Position numbers and translations under genes: made by a program
The notes under the pieces: generated by a model
Database searches by the model: none
The model's input: only the letters and a program-made list of their open reading frames with translations
Told to the model about the DNA's origin: nothing
From: an uncultured Acidobacteriota bacterium
GTDB taxonomy: Bacteria > Acidobacteriota > UBA890
Assembly: GCA_964430745.1 (NCBI GenBank)
Contig: CAYSHI010000063.1
Location: 1-57,094 of the forward strand
Reading direction: 5' to 3'
DNA: 57,094 bases
In this document: one piece after another, positions 1-8,921 of the stretch
Layout: each line of letters opens with the position of its first letter
Position numbering within the stretch: position 1 is the first letter of the stretch

Positions 1-1
1 G

Positions 2-151
2 GCAGCCGGGGAGGTCGTGGCCGGATCCCCGCAGCTGGACGTATCGCTCTGGCGGCGAGCCATGGCCGCGGTGAAGGCGCTTCCGGACGTCTTACGTCGG
101 CTGCGCCGCCTGGAAGCGGCAATCCAAAAGAGCAAGAAGGAAACAGAGTGA
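2..151 (+). CDS. lpxD: 3' end of UDP-3-O-acylglucosamine N-acyltransferase (LpxD), truncated by the window edge
   Basis: The frame is open from the window edge to TGA 149-151. The tail ...SPQLDVSLWRRAMAAVKALPDVLRRLRRLEAAIQKSKKETE resembles the LpxD C-terminal helix. It sits in the canonical lpxD-fabZ-lpxA position, and its stop overlaps the fabZ GTG. Confidence 0.5.
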   Translation, partial: AAGEVVAGSPQLDVSLWRRAMAAVKALPDVLRRLRRLEAAIQKSKKETE

Positions 152-600
152 GCGTCGACATTCGCCGTATCCTGGAGATTTTGCCGCACCGGTATCCGTT
201 CCTCCTCGTCGACCGCATCGTCGAGATGGAGCCCCGCAAGAGTATCGTCGGGATCAAGAACGTCACCATGAACGAGCCCTTCTTTCAGGGGCATTTCCCG
301 GGGAATCCCGTGATGCCGGGCGTGCTGATCCTGGAGGCGATGGGGCAGGTTGCCGCAGTGCTCTTCCTTCATGACGAAGACGACATGAAAAACCGCTTCG
401 TCTACTTCGCCGGAGCGGATAAGGTTCGTTTCCGTCGGCCGGTAGTGCCGGGGGACCAGCTTCGCTGCGAGATCGAGGTGCTTCGCGTGCGCTCCAAGAG
501 CTGCCAGGTCCTGGCTCGCGCCACCGTCGACGGGGAGCTCGCCGCCGAGGCGACACTTTTCTCGGTACTGGTGGAGGTGCCGGAGATGGACAGCGAATGA
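148..600 (+). CDS. fabZ: 3-hydroxyacyl-ACP dehydratase FabZ
   Basis: ILPHRYPFLLVDRI...NEPFFQGHFPGNPVMPGVLILEAMGQ is the hallmark FabZ hotdog motif. The product is 150 aa. Confidence 0.95.
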   Translation: MSVDIRRILEILPHRYPFLLVDRIVEMEPRKSIVGIKNVTMNEPFFQGHFPGNPVMPGVLILEAMGQVAAVLFLHDEDDMKNRFVYFAGADKVRFRRPVVPGDQLRCEIEVLRVRSKSCQVLARATVDGELAAEATLFSVLVEVPEMDSE

Positions 601-622
601 GCGCGCAGGGACGATCCGCAAG

Positions 623-1438
623 GTGGCCCACCCCATGAGCCAGGTAGTAGCAGCGGAAGGAAGATGGGAGTGTCATCCGACCGCCGTCATCGAAGACGGG
701 GCGAAACTGGGTGACGGCGTGGTCATCGGTCCCTACGCCACCGTCGGGGCCCACGTCACCCTCGGCGCGGGTACCAAGATCGGCGCACACGCGGTGCTCG
801 AAGGGCACACGACACTGGGAGCCGAGTGCTGGGTCTTCCCCCACGCGTGTATCGGGACGATTCCCCAGGATCTCAAGTATCACGGCGAGGTCTCGTACCT
901 CGAGGCCGGCGACCACAACGTGTTTCGCGAGTTCGTGACCGCAAACACCGGCACGGAGGGCGGCGGCGGGGTCACGCGTATCGGCTCAGACAATCTCTTC
1001 ATGGCCTATACCCACATCGCCCACGACTGCGTGGTCGGAGACAACGTCATCTTCGGCAATGCGGCCACGCTCGCCGGTCACGTTGCCATCGAGGATTGGG
1101 TCAACGTCGGCGCGTTTTCCGGTGTGGAGCAATACCGCCGCGTTGGGCAACACGCCTTCGTGGCCGCGTACGCAGGCGTGACCAAGGACGTGGTGCCGTA
1201 CTGCACGGTCCAGGGGAACCACTGCCAGGTTTTCGGGCTCAACAACGTGGGACTCAAGCGCCGCGGATTCGACGCCGACACGTTGACGGAGCTCAAGCGG
1301 GCATTTCGACTGCTGTTCCGCAGCAGCCTCAACACCACCCAGGCCCTCGAGGCGATCGCGGAGGAGGATTTCGCATCCCCCGAGATCGGCACGCTGGTCG
1401 AGTTCGTGCGGAACAGTGAGCACGGCATCGTCAAGTGA
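623..1438 (+). CDS. lpxA: acyl-ACP--UDP-GlcNAc O-acyltransferase LpxA
   Basis: Left-handed beta-helix hexapeptide repeats (IHPTAVIEDGAKLGDGVVIGPYATVG...) are followed by an LpxA C-terminal helical domain. The gene follows fabZ. Confidence 0.93.
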   Translation: MAHPMSQVVAAEGRWECHPTAVIEDGAKLGDGVVIGPYATVGAHVTLGAGTKIGAHAVLEGHTTLGAECWVFPHACIGTIPQDLKYHGEVSYLEAGDHNVFREFVTANTGTEGGGGVTRIGSDNLFMAYTHIAHDCVVGDNVIFGNAATLAGHVAIEDWVNVGAFSGVEQYRRVGQHAFVAAYAGVTKDVVPYCTVQGNHCQVFGLNNVGLKRRGFDADTLTELKRAFRLLFRSSLNTTQALEAIAEEDFASPEIGTLVEFVRNSEHGIVK

Positions 1439-2249
1439 GCCGCTGGCGCTGATCGCCGGCAGCACGCAAATGCCGTGCGTGGTGGCCGAGGAGGCCCAGT
1501 CGATGGGCCGGAGCGTCATCGCCGTCGGCATTCGGGGGGTTACCGAGTCACGCCTCGAAGCACTTGTCGATCACGTTCACTGGCTGGAGTGGGGTGACGT
1601 CGGCGGTTTTCTCTCCCTGCTCAACAAGTTCCGGGACGACGGCATCAAGCAGGCCGTCATGGCCGGCAAGGTCGAGCAACAGAGTATCTACAAGGCCGGC
1701 GACAACGCGCAGATGAAGGGCCTGCTCTCGGCGGTTCCCGTCCGCCACACCGACTCCCTCATCCAGGCGGTCGTCAACATCATGGCCGGCGCGGGCATCG
1801 AGCTGATGAACTGCACCGACTTTCTTCAGCCGCACATCGTGCGCCGTGGCATCCTGACCTCGCGCGGCCCCGACGATCGCGAGAGAGACGACATCGCTCA
1901 TGGTTGGAAGGTGGCCAAGCAGCTCGGCGCGCTCGACATCGGACAGTCGGTCGTCGTCAAGGATCGCGCGGTGGTCGCCATCGAGGCTATGGAAGGTACC
2001 GACGCATGCCTGAAGCGGGCAGGGGACCTGGCCGGCGCCGGCACGGTCCTCGTGAAAGTCGGGAAACCGGAGCAGGACCTTCGTTTTGACGTGCCCGTGA
2101 TCGGCGCCGAAACGATCGCCACGATGGTCGAGGCCGGTGCGTCGGCGTTGTGCGTCGAGGCCGACCTGACGGTGCTGTTTGACGCCGCGGAGTTCTGCTC
2201 CCAGGCCGATGCGGCCGGAATTGCCGTCGTCGCGCGGCGGGAGGGTTGA
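1416..2249 (+). CDS. lpxI: UDP-2,3-diacylglucosamine hydrolase LpxI (DUF1009 family)
   Basis: LALIAGSTQMP...AVMAGKV...IGQSVVVKDRAVVAIEAMEGTD is typical of LpxI. The gene lies immediately after lpxA, with a GTG start overlapping the lpxA end. Confidence 0.85.
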   Translation: MSTASSSEPLALIAGSTQMPCVVAEEAQSMGRSVIAVGIRGVTESRLEALVDHVHWLEWGDVGGFLSLLNKFRDDGIKQAVMAGKVEQQSIYKAGDNAQMKGLLSAVPVRHTDSLIQAVVNIMAGAGIELMNCTDFLQPHIVRRGILTSRGPDDRERDDIAHGWKVAKQLGALDIGQSVVVKDRAVVAIEAMEGTDACLKRAGDLAGAGTVLVKVGKPEQDLRFDVPVIGAETIATMVEAGASALCVEADLTVLFDAAEFCSQADAAGIAVVARREG

Positions 2250-2250
2250 G

Positions 2251-3183
2251 TTGATCCGCGTGGGCGTCGTGGGCGTGGGTGCCATGGGAAGCCATCACAC
2301 CCGCGTGTTTTCCGAGTTGGAGGGCTGCGATCTCGTCGGCGTACACGATATCGATGCTGCCCGGGCGGCCCAGGTGGCGCGGAAGGCCGACGTGAGGGCC
2401 TTCGACGACCTTGCCGACTTGCTGGATGAGGTCGACGCGGTGGCGGTCGCGGTGCCGACCCCCGAGCACCTGAGCATCGGGCTGCGCTGCATCGAGCAGG
2501 GGTGCGACACGCTGATCGAGAAACCCCTGGCGCCCTCGCTCGAGGAGGCTGACGCTTTGATCGCGGCGGCGGAAGAGAAGGGGCGGATCCTCCAGGTCGG
2601 GCATATCGAGCGTTACAACCCGGCCGTAGCCGCCATGACGGAGCGGGTCGAGCGGCCGGGGTTCATCGAGGTCGATCGGCTGGGCTCCCTGGTGCCGCGC
2701 AGCCTGGAGACCGACGTGGTTCTCGACCTGATGATCCACGACATCGACATCATCCACTCTCTCGTGAACGACGAAGTGATCGAGATTCGCGCGGTGGGAG
2801 TACCGATCCTCACGGAAGCGATCGATTTTGCCAACGCCCGCCTGGAGTTCGCCGGCGGTTGCATCGCCAATCTGACGGCCAGTCGCGTGAGCGTGAATCG
2901 CATCCGCAAGGTCCGCCTGTTTCAACCGGAGGCCTACTTGTCGGTCGACTACACGGCGCAGACCGTCGATCACTACCGGCTTTTGCGAACGGACGGAAAG
3001 CCCAGCGGCATCGAGACCGATCGTATCGACGCGTCGGGAGAGGAGCCGCTCCTGAGACAATTGAGAGACTTCGTGGCGTGCTGCACCGATCGCCGGCAAC
3101 CGCTCGCCGACGCCCACTCCGCGCGCCAGGCGCTGGCGACCGCCTTTGACATTCTCGCCGCCATCGAGGCCCGGCTCGGATGA
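2251..3183 (+). CDS. Gfo/Idh/MocA family NAD(P)-dependent oxidoreductase
   Basis: The N-terminal Rossmann motif is IRVGVVGVGAMGSHH. The TTG start at 2251 lies 1 nt after the lpxI stop. The 5' part of ORF 2179.. overlaps lpxI and is unlikely to be coding. Confidence 0.85.
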   Translation: MIRVGVVGVGAMGSHHTRVFSELEGCDLVGVHDIDAARAAQVARKADVRAFDDLADLLDEVDAVAVAVPTPEHLSIGLRCIEQGCDTLIEKPLAPSLEEADALIAAAEEKGRILQVGHIERYNPAVAAMTERVERPGFIEVDRLGSLVPRSLETDVVLDLMIHDIDIIHSLVNDEVIEIRAVGVPILTEAIDFANARLEFAGGCIANLTASRVSVNRIRKVRLFQPEAYLSVDYTAQTVDHYRLLRTDGKPSGIETDRIDASGEEPLLRQLRDFVACCTDRRQPLADAHSARQALATAFDILAAIEARLG

Positions 3184-3302
3184 GCAGGGTGGCGGCGTCA
3201 GTGGCGGCACAGGTACCGGGGCCGGACGTGACGCGATTCGCGCGGTGACCCCGTCTCTTTGGTAGACTCGCGTGCTGTCTCTCCTACTTCTCGAGGCCCG
3301 CA

Positions 3303-4451
3303 ATGCCGATTGCTTTCGAACCCAGCCCGCGACCGACCCTCGGGATCGAGGAGGAGTACCAGATCTGCGATCCGAAGACCGGCAACCTGTTGCCGATGGT
3401 GGATTTCATCATGGATCACGCCGACCCCGAACTGCGGGAGCGACTGAGCTACGACCTTCTCCTGACCCTGATCGAAGCCAACACCGAGGTTTCCGAGACG
3501 GTAGGGGAGGCGATCGACAACCTGCTCGACAAACGACGAAAGGTTCAGGCGCTGGCCGAACAGGGTGGTTGCACGCTGGGCCTCACCGGCACCCATCCTT
3601 TTGCGGATCCGAAGGAGCAGCGATTCGTCGACACGCCGGATTACCAGTGGGTGCACGACCAGCTCGGTTACGTGGCGCAACGCAATATCACGTTCGGGCT
3701 GCATGTCCACGTCGGCGTTGACGACGGGGATCGCGCCGTCTATATCGCCAACCGGATGCGCAAGTGGATCGGGCCGCTGATCGGCCTGGCCGCCAACTCG
3801 CCGTTTCTCGACGGCGTAGACACCGGTTGGGACGCGGCTCGCGTCTACTCTTTCGGCGTGTTCCCCCGCGCAGGGATCCCCCCGCGTCTCGCCAGCTACG
3901 ACGAGTTCGCCGCGCAAATCGACGGCCTTATCGCCTCCGGAGCGATCACCAAACCGCGTCAAATTTGGTGGAATGTGCGTGTCCACCCGCAGTTCGGCAC
4001 GGTGGAGTTTCGCGCCTGCGACGTGCAGCTCTCCCTCGCCCACACGTCCGCCATCGTCGCCCTGATTCAGGCGCTCGTGGTTGCCTACGGGGATGCGCAC
4101 CGCGCGGGAGAACCGGAGCCGGAGTTGGCCTGGGCCTATCTCGAGGACGCTCGTTGGAAAGGCATGCGGTTCGGCCTCGACGCCGACGTGATCCACGCTG
4201 AAACCGGTGTCGTCATGCCGATGCCGGACTACGTCCGCGAGATGCGGCGCGTCGCGGCCCCGGCGGCCGAGAAGTTAGGAACCTCCGCGTATCTCGACGT
4301 CGTCGACGACATGCTGCGGATCGGCAACGAAGCGACCGCACAACGCGCGATGCTGAAGGAGTGCGACGGAGACCTTCGATGCCTCCACCTCCAGCTTCTG
4401 GAGATGGCTCTTGAAGAGGGCATCCGTAATCCGGTTTTGGTAGAAGGTTGA
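3303..4451 (+). CDS. ybdK: carboxylate-amine ligase, YbdK / glutamate-cysteine ligase family 2
   Basis: PTLGIEEEYQICDP...NITFGLHVHVG...EFRACDVQ are GCS2/YbdK signature blocks. The product is 382 aa. Confidence 0.85.
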   Translation: MPIAFEPSPRPTLGIEEEYQICDPKTGNLLPMVDFIMDHADPELRERLSYDLLLTLIEANTEVSETVGEAIDNLLDKRRKVQALAEQGGCTLGLTGTHPFADPKEQRFVDTPDYQWVHDQLGYVAQRNITFGLHVHVGVDDGDRAVYIANRMRKWIGPLIGLAANSPFLDGVDTGWDAARVYSFGVFPRAGIPPRLASYDEFAAQIDGLIASGAITKPRQIWWNVRVHPQFGTVEFRACDVQLSLAHTSAIVALIQALVVAYGDAHRAGEPEPELAWAYLEDARWKGMRFGLDADVIHAETGVVMPMPDYVREMRRVAAPAAEKLGTSAYLDVVDDMLRIGNEATAQRAMLKECDGDLRCLHLQLLEMALEEGIRNPVLVEG

Positions 4452-5281
4452 CCCCTCGAGGTCTGCTGCCCACCGCGGTCGGCAGTGGCGAGATTGTCGT
4501 CCATGTCCTCGGTTCCGGAAGCGGATGGCCCACGCCGCGGCGCGATACCAGTAGTCTGCTGATCGGCGTCGTCGACGGGTGGTCGTTGGTGGAGTGTCCC
4601 GGATCGATCGTGCACAAGCTCGCCGTGCTCGGGCTGCTGCCCGGCGACCTCCGACGCCTTATCCTCACGCACAATCACGTCGACCACATCTACGGTCTCG
4701 CCCACCTGCTGCAAGCGATGGCGATTGCCGGGGCGCCGGCTACGTTCGAGCTGCTCGCGCCACGCCAGACGATCGAGTCGGTGCACGGCGTGGTGGCAAC
4801 GCACGGACTCGACGACAAGCACCATCCACGGCTCGAGCTTGTCGAAGTCGAGCTTTCAGATGAGCCACAGGTAGTGCCTGTTGAGGGGCTGCGGCTGCGG
4901 GCCGCACGCACGGCCCATAGCCGCGACACCGCGGCGCTTCGTTTCGAGGCCGGAGACGTTGCCGTCTGCTACTCGTCCGACACACGTCCATGCGAGGCGG
5001 TGGCGCAACTCGCCCGCGACGCCGATATCCTGTGGCACGATTGCGGTGGCCCGCATCGTCAGCGAGCGGCTTTTTCACAGGGACATTCGAGTGCCCTGGA
5101 AGCAGGGCGGATCGCCTCGAAAGCGGGTGCTCGTCGGCTCGCGCTGATGCACCTGGGTTCGCGGGACGACCGGGAATTGCAGGAGTGTGTGCAGGAGGCA
5201 TCCGGTGCGTTCGAGGGGCCGGTCGCGCTGGCGGAAGACGGTGAAACGTGGACTCTGTCAGAGACGACGGAGGATCGATGA
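4448..5281 (+). CDS. MBL-fold metallo-hydrolase
   Basis: Contains the HxHxDH motif (LTHNHVDHIYG). The TTG start overlaps the ybdK stop (TTGA). Confidence 0.8.
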   Translation: MTPRGLLPTAVGSGEIVVHVLGSGSGWPTPRRDTSSLLIGVVDGWSLVECPGSIVHKLAVLGLLPGDLRRLILTHNHVDHIYGLAHLLQAMAIAGAPATFELLAPRQTIESVHGVVATHGLDDKHHPRLELVEVELSDEPQVVPVEGLRLRAARTAHSRDTAALRFEAGDVAVCYSSDTRPCEAVAQLARDADILWHDCGGPHRQRAAFSQGHSSALEAGRIASKAGARRLALMHLGSRDDRELQECVQEASGAFEGPVALAEDGETWTLSETTEDR

Positions 5282-5910
5282 GCACATTGGACACCGAGAC
5301 GGTACAGGCGGCGTACTCGCGCTGGTCGAAGGTCTACGACTGGACGTTCGGTCCGCTGCTGTCGGGGGCGCGCCGCAAGGCCGTGAAGATGCTGGAGCTG
5401 AAGGCGGGAGACCATGTGCTCGAGGTGGGCGTCGGCACCGGCTTATCGCTCCCCCTGATACCGTCGGGCTGCCACATGACGGGCGTGGATTTTTCCCGCC
5501 CCATGCTCGAGAAGGCGCTGCGGCGGGTGCGCGACGGCGCGCTCCTGTGTGACGCGAGCCTGGTCGAAGCGGACGGGACCCGCCTGCCGTTCGCCGATGC
5601 CACCTTTGACGCCGCCATCACGCCCTTCGTAGTCTCCGCCGCCCCCGACCCGGTGGCCCTGTTGAGAGATATGGTGCGAGTCTGCCGGCCGGAAGCTCGA
5701 ATCATCGTGCTCAACCATTTCTCGCCTCGTAGCCCGTTGCTGGCAAGCGTCGAGCGCGGCCTGTCGTCGGTTACGTCGACGCTGCTCGGATTCCGCGCGG
5801 ATTTCCCGCTCGAGCCGTTGTTCGACGAGGCCGGCATCGAGATCGACGATGTTCGCCGTGTCACTCCAGTGGGTGGCTGGTACGCGGTCACCTTGACACG
5901 GACGGGGTGA
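5278..5910 (+). CDS. class I SAM-dependent methyltransferase, resembling Rhodobacter-type phospholipid N-methyltransferase PmtA
   Basis: YSRWSKVYDWTFGPLL...VLEVGVGTGLSLPL...GVDFSRPMLEKA contains SAM motif I. The ATG at 5278 overlaps the upstream stop (ATGA). Confidence 0.75.
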   Translation: MSTLDTETVQAAYSRWSKVYDWTFGPLLSGARRKAVKMLELKAGDHVLEVGVGTGLSLPLIPSGCHMTGVDFSRPMLEKALRRVRDGALLCDASLVEADGTRLPFADATFDAAITPFVVSAAPDPVALLRDMVRVCRPEARIIVLNHFSPRSPLLASVERGLSSVTSTLLGFRADFPLEPLFDEAGIEIDDVRRVTPVGGWYAVTLTRTG

Positions 5911-6725
5911 TGGCCGGGTCTCGAGAAGTGCCCTGGGCCATCATTCCCACCGCCGGCAAAGGCACCCGCCTGCGCCCGGCTACCGACGTCATCCCCAAGG
6001 TGCTGCTTCCGGTCGGGCTTCGTCCGATGCTGGACTGGGCCCTGGACGAGGCTTTCGGCTCCGGGGTCGCGGCCGTAATCGTAGTGGTCTCGCCGGAACA
6101 AGAGGAAGTCAGACGGCATCTTCAGCGACGGGCCGATGACCTGAGCTGGCCGCGTGAGGTAGCCCTGCACCTCGTCGAGCAGCCGCAGCCGCGGGGCCTC
6201 GGCGACGCGCTCATTCGCTGCCGGTCGCTCACCGGGGGCGATTCGTTCGGCGTCGTGGTACCGGACAACTGGTTCGACACCGACGTCCCCGCGCTCGCGC
6301 AGGTAGCGGTGACCCACCGCAACACCGGCCTCGATAGTCTCGGACTCGTCCGCGTCGGGCCGCAGCAAGCCGCGTTGCTGGGGAATGTCGGCCGCGTGGA
6401 TCTGGAGCACTTGCAGGATCACGACTACCGCATCACGAAGCTCGGCGACAAGCGCGCGGGGGCCTTCGAGATCGATGGCGATGAGCCGGTGCTGCGCGGC
6501 TGTGCCCGCTACGTCCTGGGTCCGACGTTCTACGACGCCCTCGAAGAGACGGGCCCGCCGCCTGAGGGGGAATGGGACGACGTTCCTGCCTTCCAGCACC
6601 TGGCGGCTCACGGCGGGCTTGCCGGGCGACGACTCGCCGGTGTGCATTTCGACGTCGGGCAACCCGCCGGCTATCTGGGCGCGATGAGCTATCTGTTCGA
6701 GCGCCTCAGCGATAGCGCCGCATGA
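5907..6725 (+). CDS. sugar-phosphate nucleotidyltransferase (GalU/UTP-glucose-1-phosphate uridylyltransferase-like)
   Basis: AIIPTAGKGTRLRPATDVIPKVLLPV is the nucleotidyltransferase G-x-G-T-R-x-x-P loop. The GTG/ATG start at 5907/5910 overlaps the upstream stop. Confidence 0.8.
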   Translation: MMAGSREVPWAIIPTAGKGTRLRPATDVIPKVLLPVGLRPMLDWALDEAFGSGVAAVIVVVSPEQEEVRRHLQRRADDLSWPREVALHLVEQPQPRGLGDALIRCRSLTGGDSFGVVVPDNWFDTDVPALAQVAVTHRNTGLDSLGLVRVGPQQAALLGNVGRVDLEHLQDHDYRITKLGDKRAGAFEIDGDEPVLRGCARYVLGPTFYDALEETGPPPEGEWDDVPAFQHLAAHGGLAGRRLAGVHFDVGQPAGYLGAMSYLFERLSDSAA

Positions 6726-7308
6726 TGCCGATCACGACGCCTTGAATGCGGACGTTCTCCTCGTCGAGCACGAGGGCCTCAACGGCGGGATTGGCGGGCT
6801 GCAGGCGGATCTGCGCGCCGTGCCGGTAGAACTTCTTCAGCGTGACCTCCTCGCCGCGTAGCAAGGCGATGACGGTCTCGCCGTTCTCTGCGTTGGTACG
6901 ATCCTCGACGATGACGTAGTCGCCGTCGCGAATCTGCTCGTCGATCATCGAGCTGCCGCGCACCCGCAACACGTAGGTGGGCTTGCGGCCGACGAAGTCG
7001 GGCGGCAGGTTGATCGCCTCGGCTTCGGCTACGGCCTCGATCGGTCGCCCGGCGGCAACCTGGCCGAGAAGCGGCACTTCGACGGTGCGCACGGGTTCGG
7101 GGTCGACGAGCTGGATGCCGCGCCCTTGATGGGGAGCCTTACGCAGGTACCCCTTCTGCACGAGCTGCTCGACGTGCTTGTAGACCGTGGCGGGAGACGA
7201 CAGGCCGAAGTGTGCGCCGATCTCCTGCAGCGTCGGGGCATAGCCGTGGCGCCCCACGTGCTCACGGACGAAGTCGAGGATTTCTTTCTGTCTCTTGGTC
7301 AGGTACAT
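6706..7308 (-). CDS. lexA: SOS repressor LexA
   Basis: The N-terminal wHTH reads LTKRQKEILDFV...YAPTLQEIGAHFGLSSPATVYKHV. The C-terminal S24 peptidase domain reads VRGSSMID...GD. The product is 200 aa. Confidence 0.95.
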   Translation of the reverse strand: MYLTKRQKEILDFVREHVGRHGYAPTLQEIGAHFGLSSPATVYKHVEQLVQKGYLRKAPHQGRGIQLVDPEPVRTVEVPLLGQVAAGRPIEAVAEAEAINLPPDFVGRKPTYVLRVRGSSMIDEQIRDGDYVIVEDRTNAENGETVIALLRGEEVTLKKFYRHGAQIRLQPANPAVEALVLDEENVRIQGVVIGIMRRYR

Positions 7309-7373
7309 GGTCCCCAGGCCGGTGAAGATCTGCCAATAGAGGGCAAAACTAACACGAATTCCTGAGTCGAGGC

Positions 7374-7388
7374 GTTGTGTTAGCGTTC
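7374..7388. promoter_or_regulatory. candidate SOS box, a direct repeat GTTG-N7-GTTC, in the lexA/ruvX divergent region
   Basis: gttgtgttagcgttc matches the GTTC-N7-GTTC direct-repeat LexA box described for Alphaproteobacteria and Acidobacterium, with one mismatch. An inverted repeat CTAACAC(7349-7355)/GTGTTAG(7377-7383) is also present. Confidence 0.2.
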
Positions 7389-7392
7389 ACCG

Positions 7393-7839
7393 ATGATTTG
7401 GATGGGACTCGACCTCGGCAGCCGTCGCATCGGCGTGGCGATATCCGACCCCCTCGGCGTGATTGCGCAGCCGCTCACCACCCTCGAGGCTCGGGGACGG
7501 GGGACCGTGCCGCTCGGTGCGTTGCAGGAACTTGTCTCGGAACGTGACGTCGGCGGCATCGTGGTGGGATTGCCGCGCCGCCTGGACGGATCACACGGCC
7601 CGGAGGCCGAGGCCGCGGAGGCCGTAGCCGAACAGCTTCGAGTCGCCTTGAGGCTGCCCGTGGAGCTGTGGGACGAGCGCCTGACGAGCGCTCAGGCGGA
7701 GCGGGTCCTCATCGACGCGGGCGTCCGCCGCAAGCGCCGGAAGGGCGCCACCGACCGCATCGCGGCGGCGCTCATCCTGCAGGGATTCCTCGATCATCGA
7801 AGCCTGTCGCCGGCTGTTCCCGAAGCCGTCGAGCCGTGA
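7393..7839 (+). CDS. ruvX: Holliday-junction-resolvase-like nuclease RuvX (YqgF)
   Basis: GLDLGSRRIGVAISDPLGVIAQPL...DERLTSAQAE is the YqgF family signature. Confidence 0.9.
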   Translation: MIWMGLDLGSRRIGVAISDPLGVIAQPLTTLEARGRGTVPLGALQELVSERDVGGIVVGLPRRLDGSHGPEAEAAEAVAEQLRVALRLPVELWDERLTSAQAERVLIDAGVRRKRRKGATDRIAAALILQGFLDHRSLSPAVPEAVEP

Positions 7840-7844
7840 GCGCC

Positions 7845-8864
7845 ATGGCGACGGTCAGACGGATGTTGACGCCCCTTCTGATGCTCGTTGTCCTTCTGTA
7901 CCTGTCCGTCCGATTGGCTGTTGGAGTTGCCGTCGCGACGCTGGATACGCCGTTCGACGGCAATAACGGCGCCCCGGCCGTCGTCTCCGTTGCCGCGGGC
8001 GTGAGCGCCGCCCAGGTGGCCGAGTTGCTGGAGAACAGCGGCGTCATACGTCGGGCCCGGGATCTGCGCTGGTGGATGCGGCTGAACGACACGCACGGGG
8101 CCATCCATACGGGTCGATATCGTTTCGAAGGCCCGGCCACGCTGCGGCAGGTCGCCGAGGTGATCACGGAAGGTCGGGTGCTGCTCTCCTCCGTGACCGT
8201 GCTCGAGGGGGCGACGCGCTGGCAGGTCGCCGAGGCACTGGCGGCTGCCGACTTCGGAACCTACGCGGAAGCCTGGGAAGCGACCGGCAACGCCGGCTTG
8301 ATCGCCGACCTCGACCTTGAGGCCACGGACCTCGAAGGCTATCTGTTTCCGGATACCTACTTCGCCCCGCAGGACGCCGGAGCGGATGACATCGTCGCCA
8401 TGATGGTGGCGCAGTTTCACGAGATCTGGACCGCACAGCGCGCCCTCGAGGCGAGCCGGCAGGGGTTCAGCACCCGACAACTGGTAACCATCGCCTCGCT
8501 CATCGAGGCGGAGACCGGGCTTGCCGAGGAGCGCCCGCTGGTTTCCGGCGTGTACCACAATCGTCTGAATCGAAGAATGCGGCTGCAGTGTGATCCGACG
8601 CTGTTGTACGCCCTCTACCTCGACGGACGAACGGACCGCAACATACGCCGCTCGGACTTCGACAACCCGTCGCCGTACAACACGTACCGGGTCGGAGGTT
8701 TGCCGCCGGGGCCGATCGGCAACCCCGGGGCCGCCAGCATCGACGCCGCACTGGCGCCGGCGGAAACGGAGTTCATCTATTTCGTCGGGCGTAACGACGG
8801 TTCTCACGCCTTTGCGCGCACGCTCCGCGAGCACAACGCCAACGTGAATCGTTATCAACGCTGA
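7845..8864 (+). CDS. mltG: endolytic murein transglycosylase MltG (YceG)
   Basis: The N-terminal TM segment is followed by YHNRLNRRMRLQCDPTLLYA...YNTYRVGGLPPGPIGNPG, the YceG motif. The ATG at 7845 lies just after the ruvX stop; the longer ORF from 7668 overlaps ruvX. Confidence 0.9.
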   Translation: MATVRRMLTPLLMLVVLLYLSVRLAVGVAVATLDTPFDGNNGAPAVVSVAAGVSAAQVAELLENSGVIRRARDLRWWMRLNDTHGAIHTGRYRFEGPATLRQVAEVITEGRVLLSSVTVLEGATRWQVAEALAAADFGTYAEAWEATGNAGLIADLDLEATDLEGYLFPDTYFAPQDAGADDIVAMMVAQFHEIWTAQRALEASRQGFSTRQLVTIASLIEAETGLAEERPLVSGVYHNRLNRRMRLQCDPTLLYALYLDGRTDRNIRRSDFDNPSPYNTYRVGGLPPGPIGNPGAASIDAALAPAETEFIYFVGRNDGSHAFARTLREHNANVNRYQR

Positions 8865-8921
8865 GGCCTCCGCGGTTGTACACTGTGCCGTCTTGTCCTC
8901 TTTCGAACGACCGATCTCACC

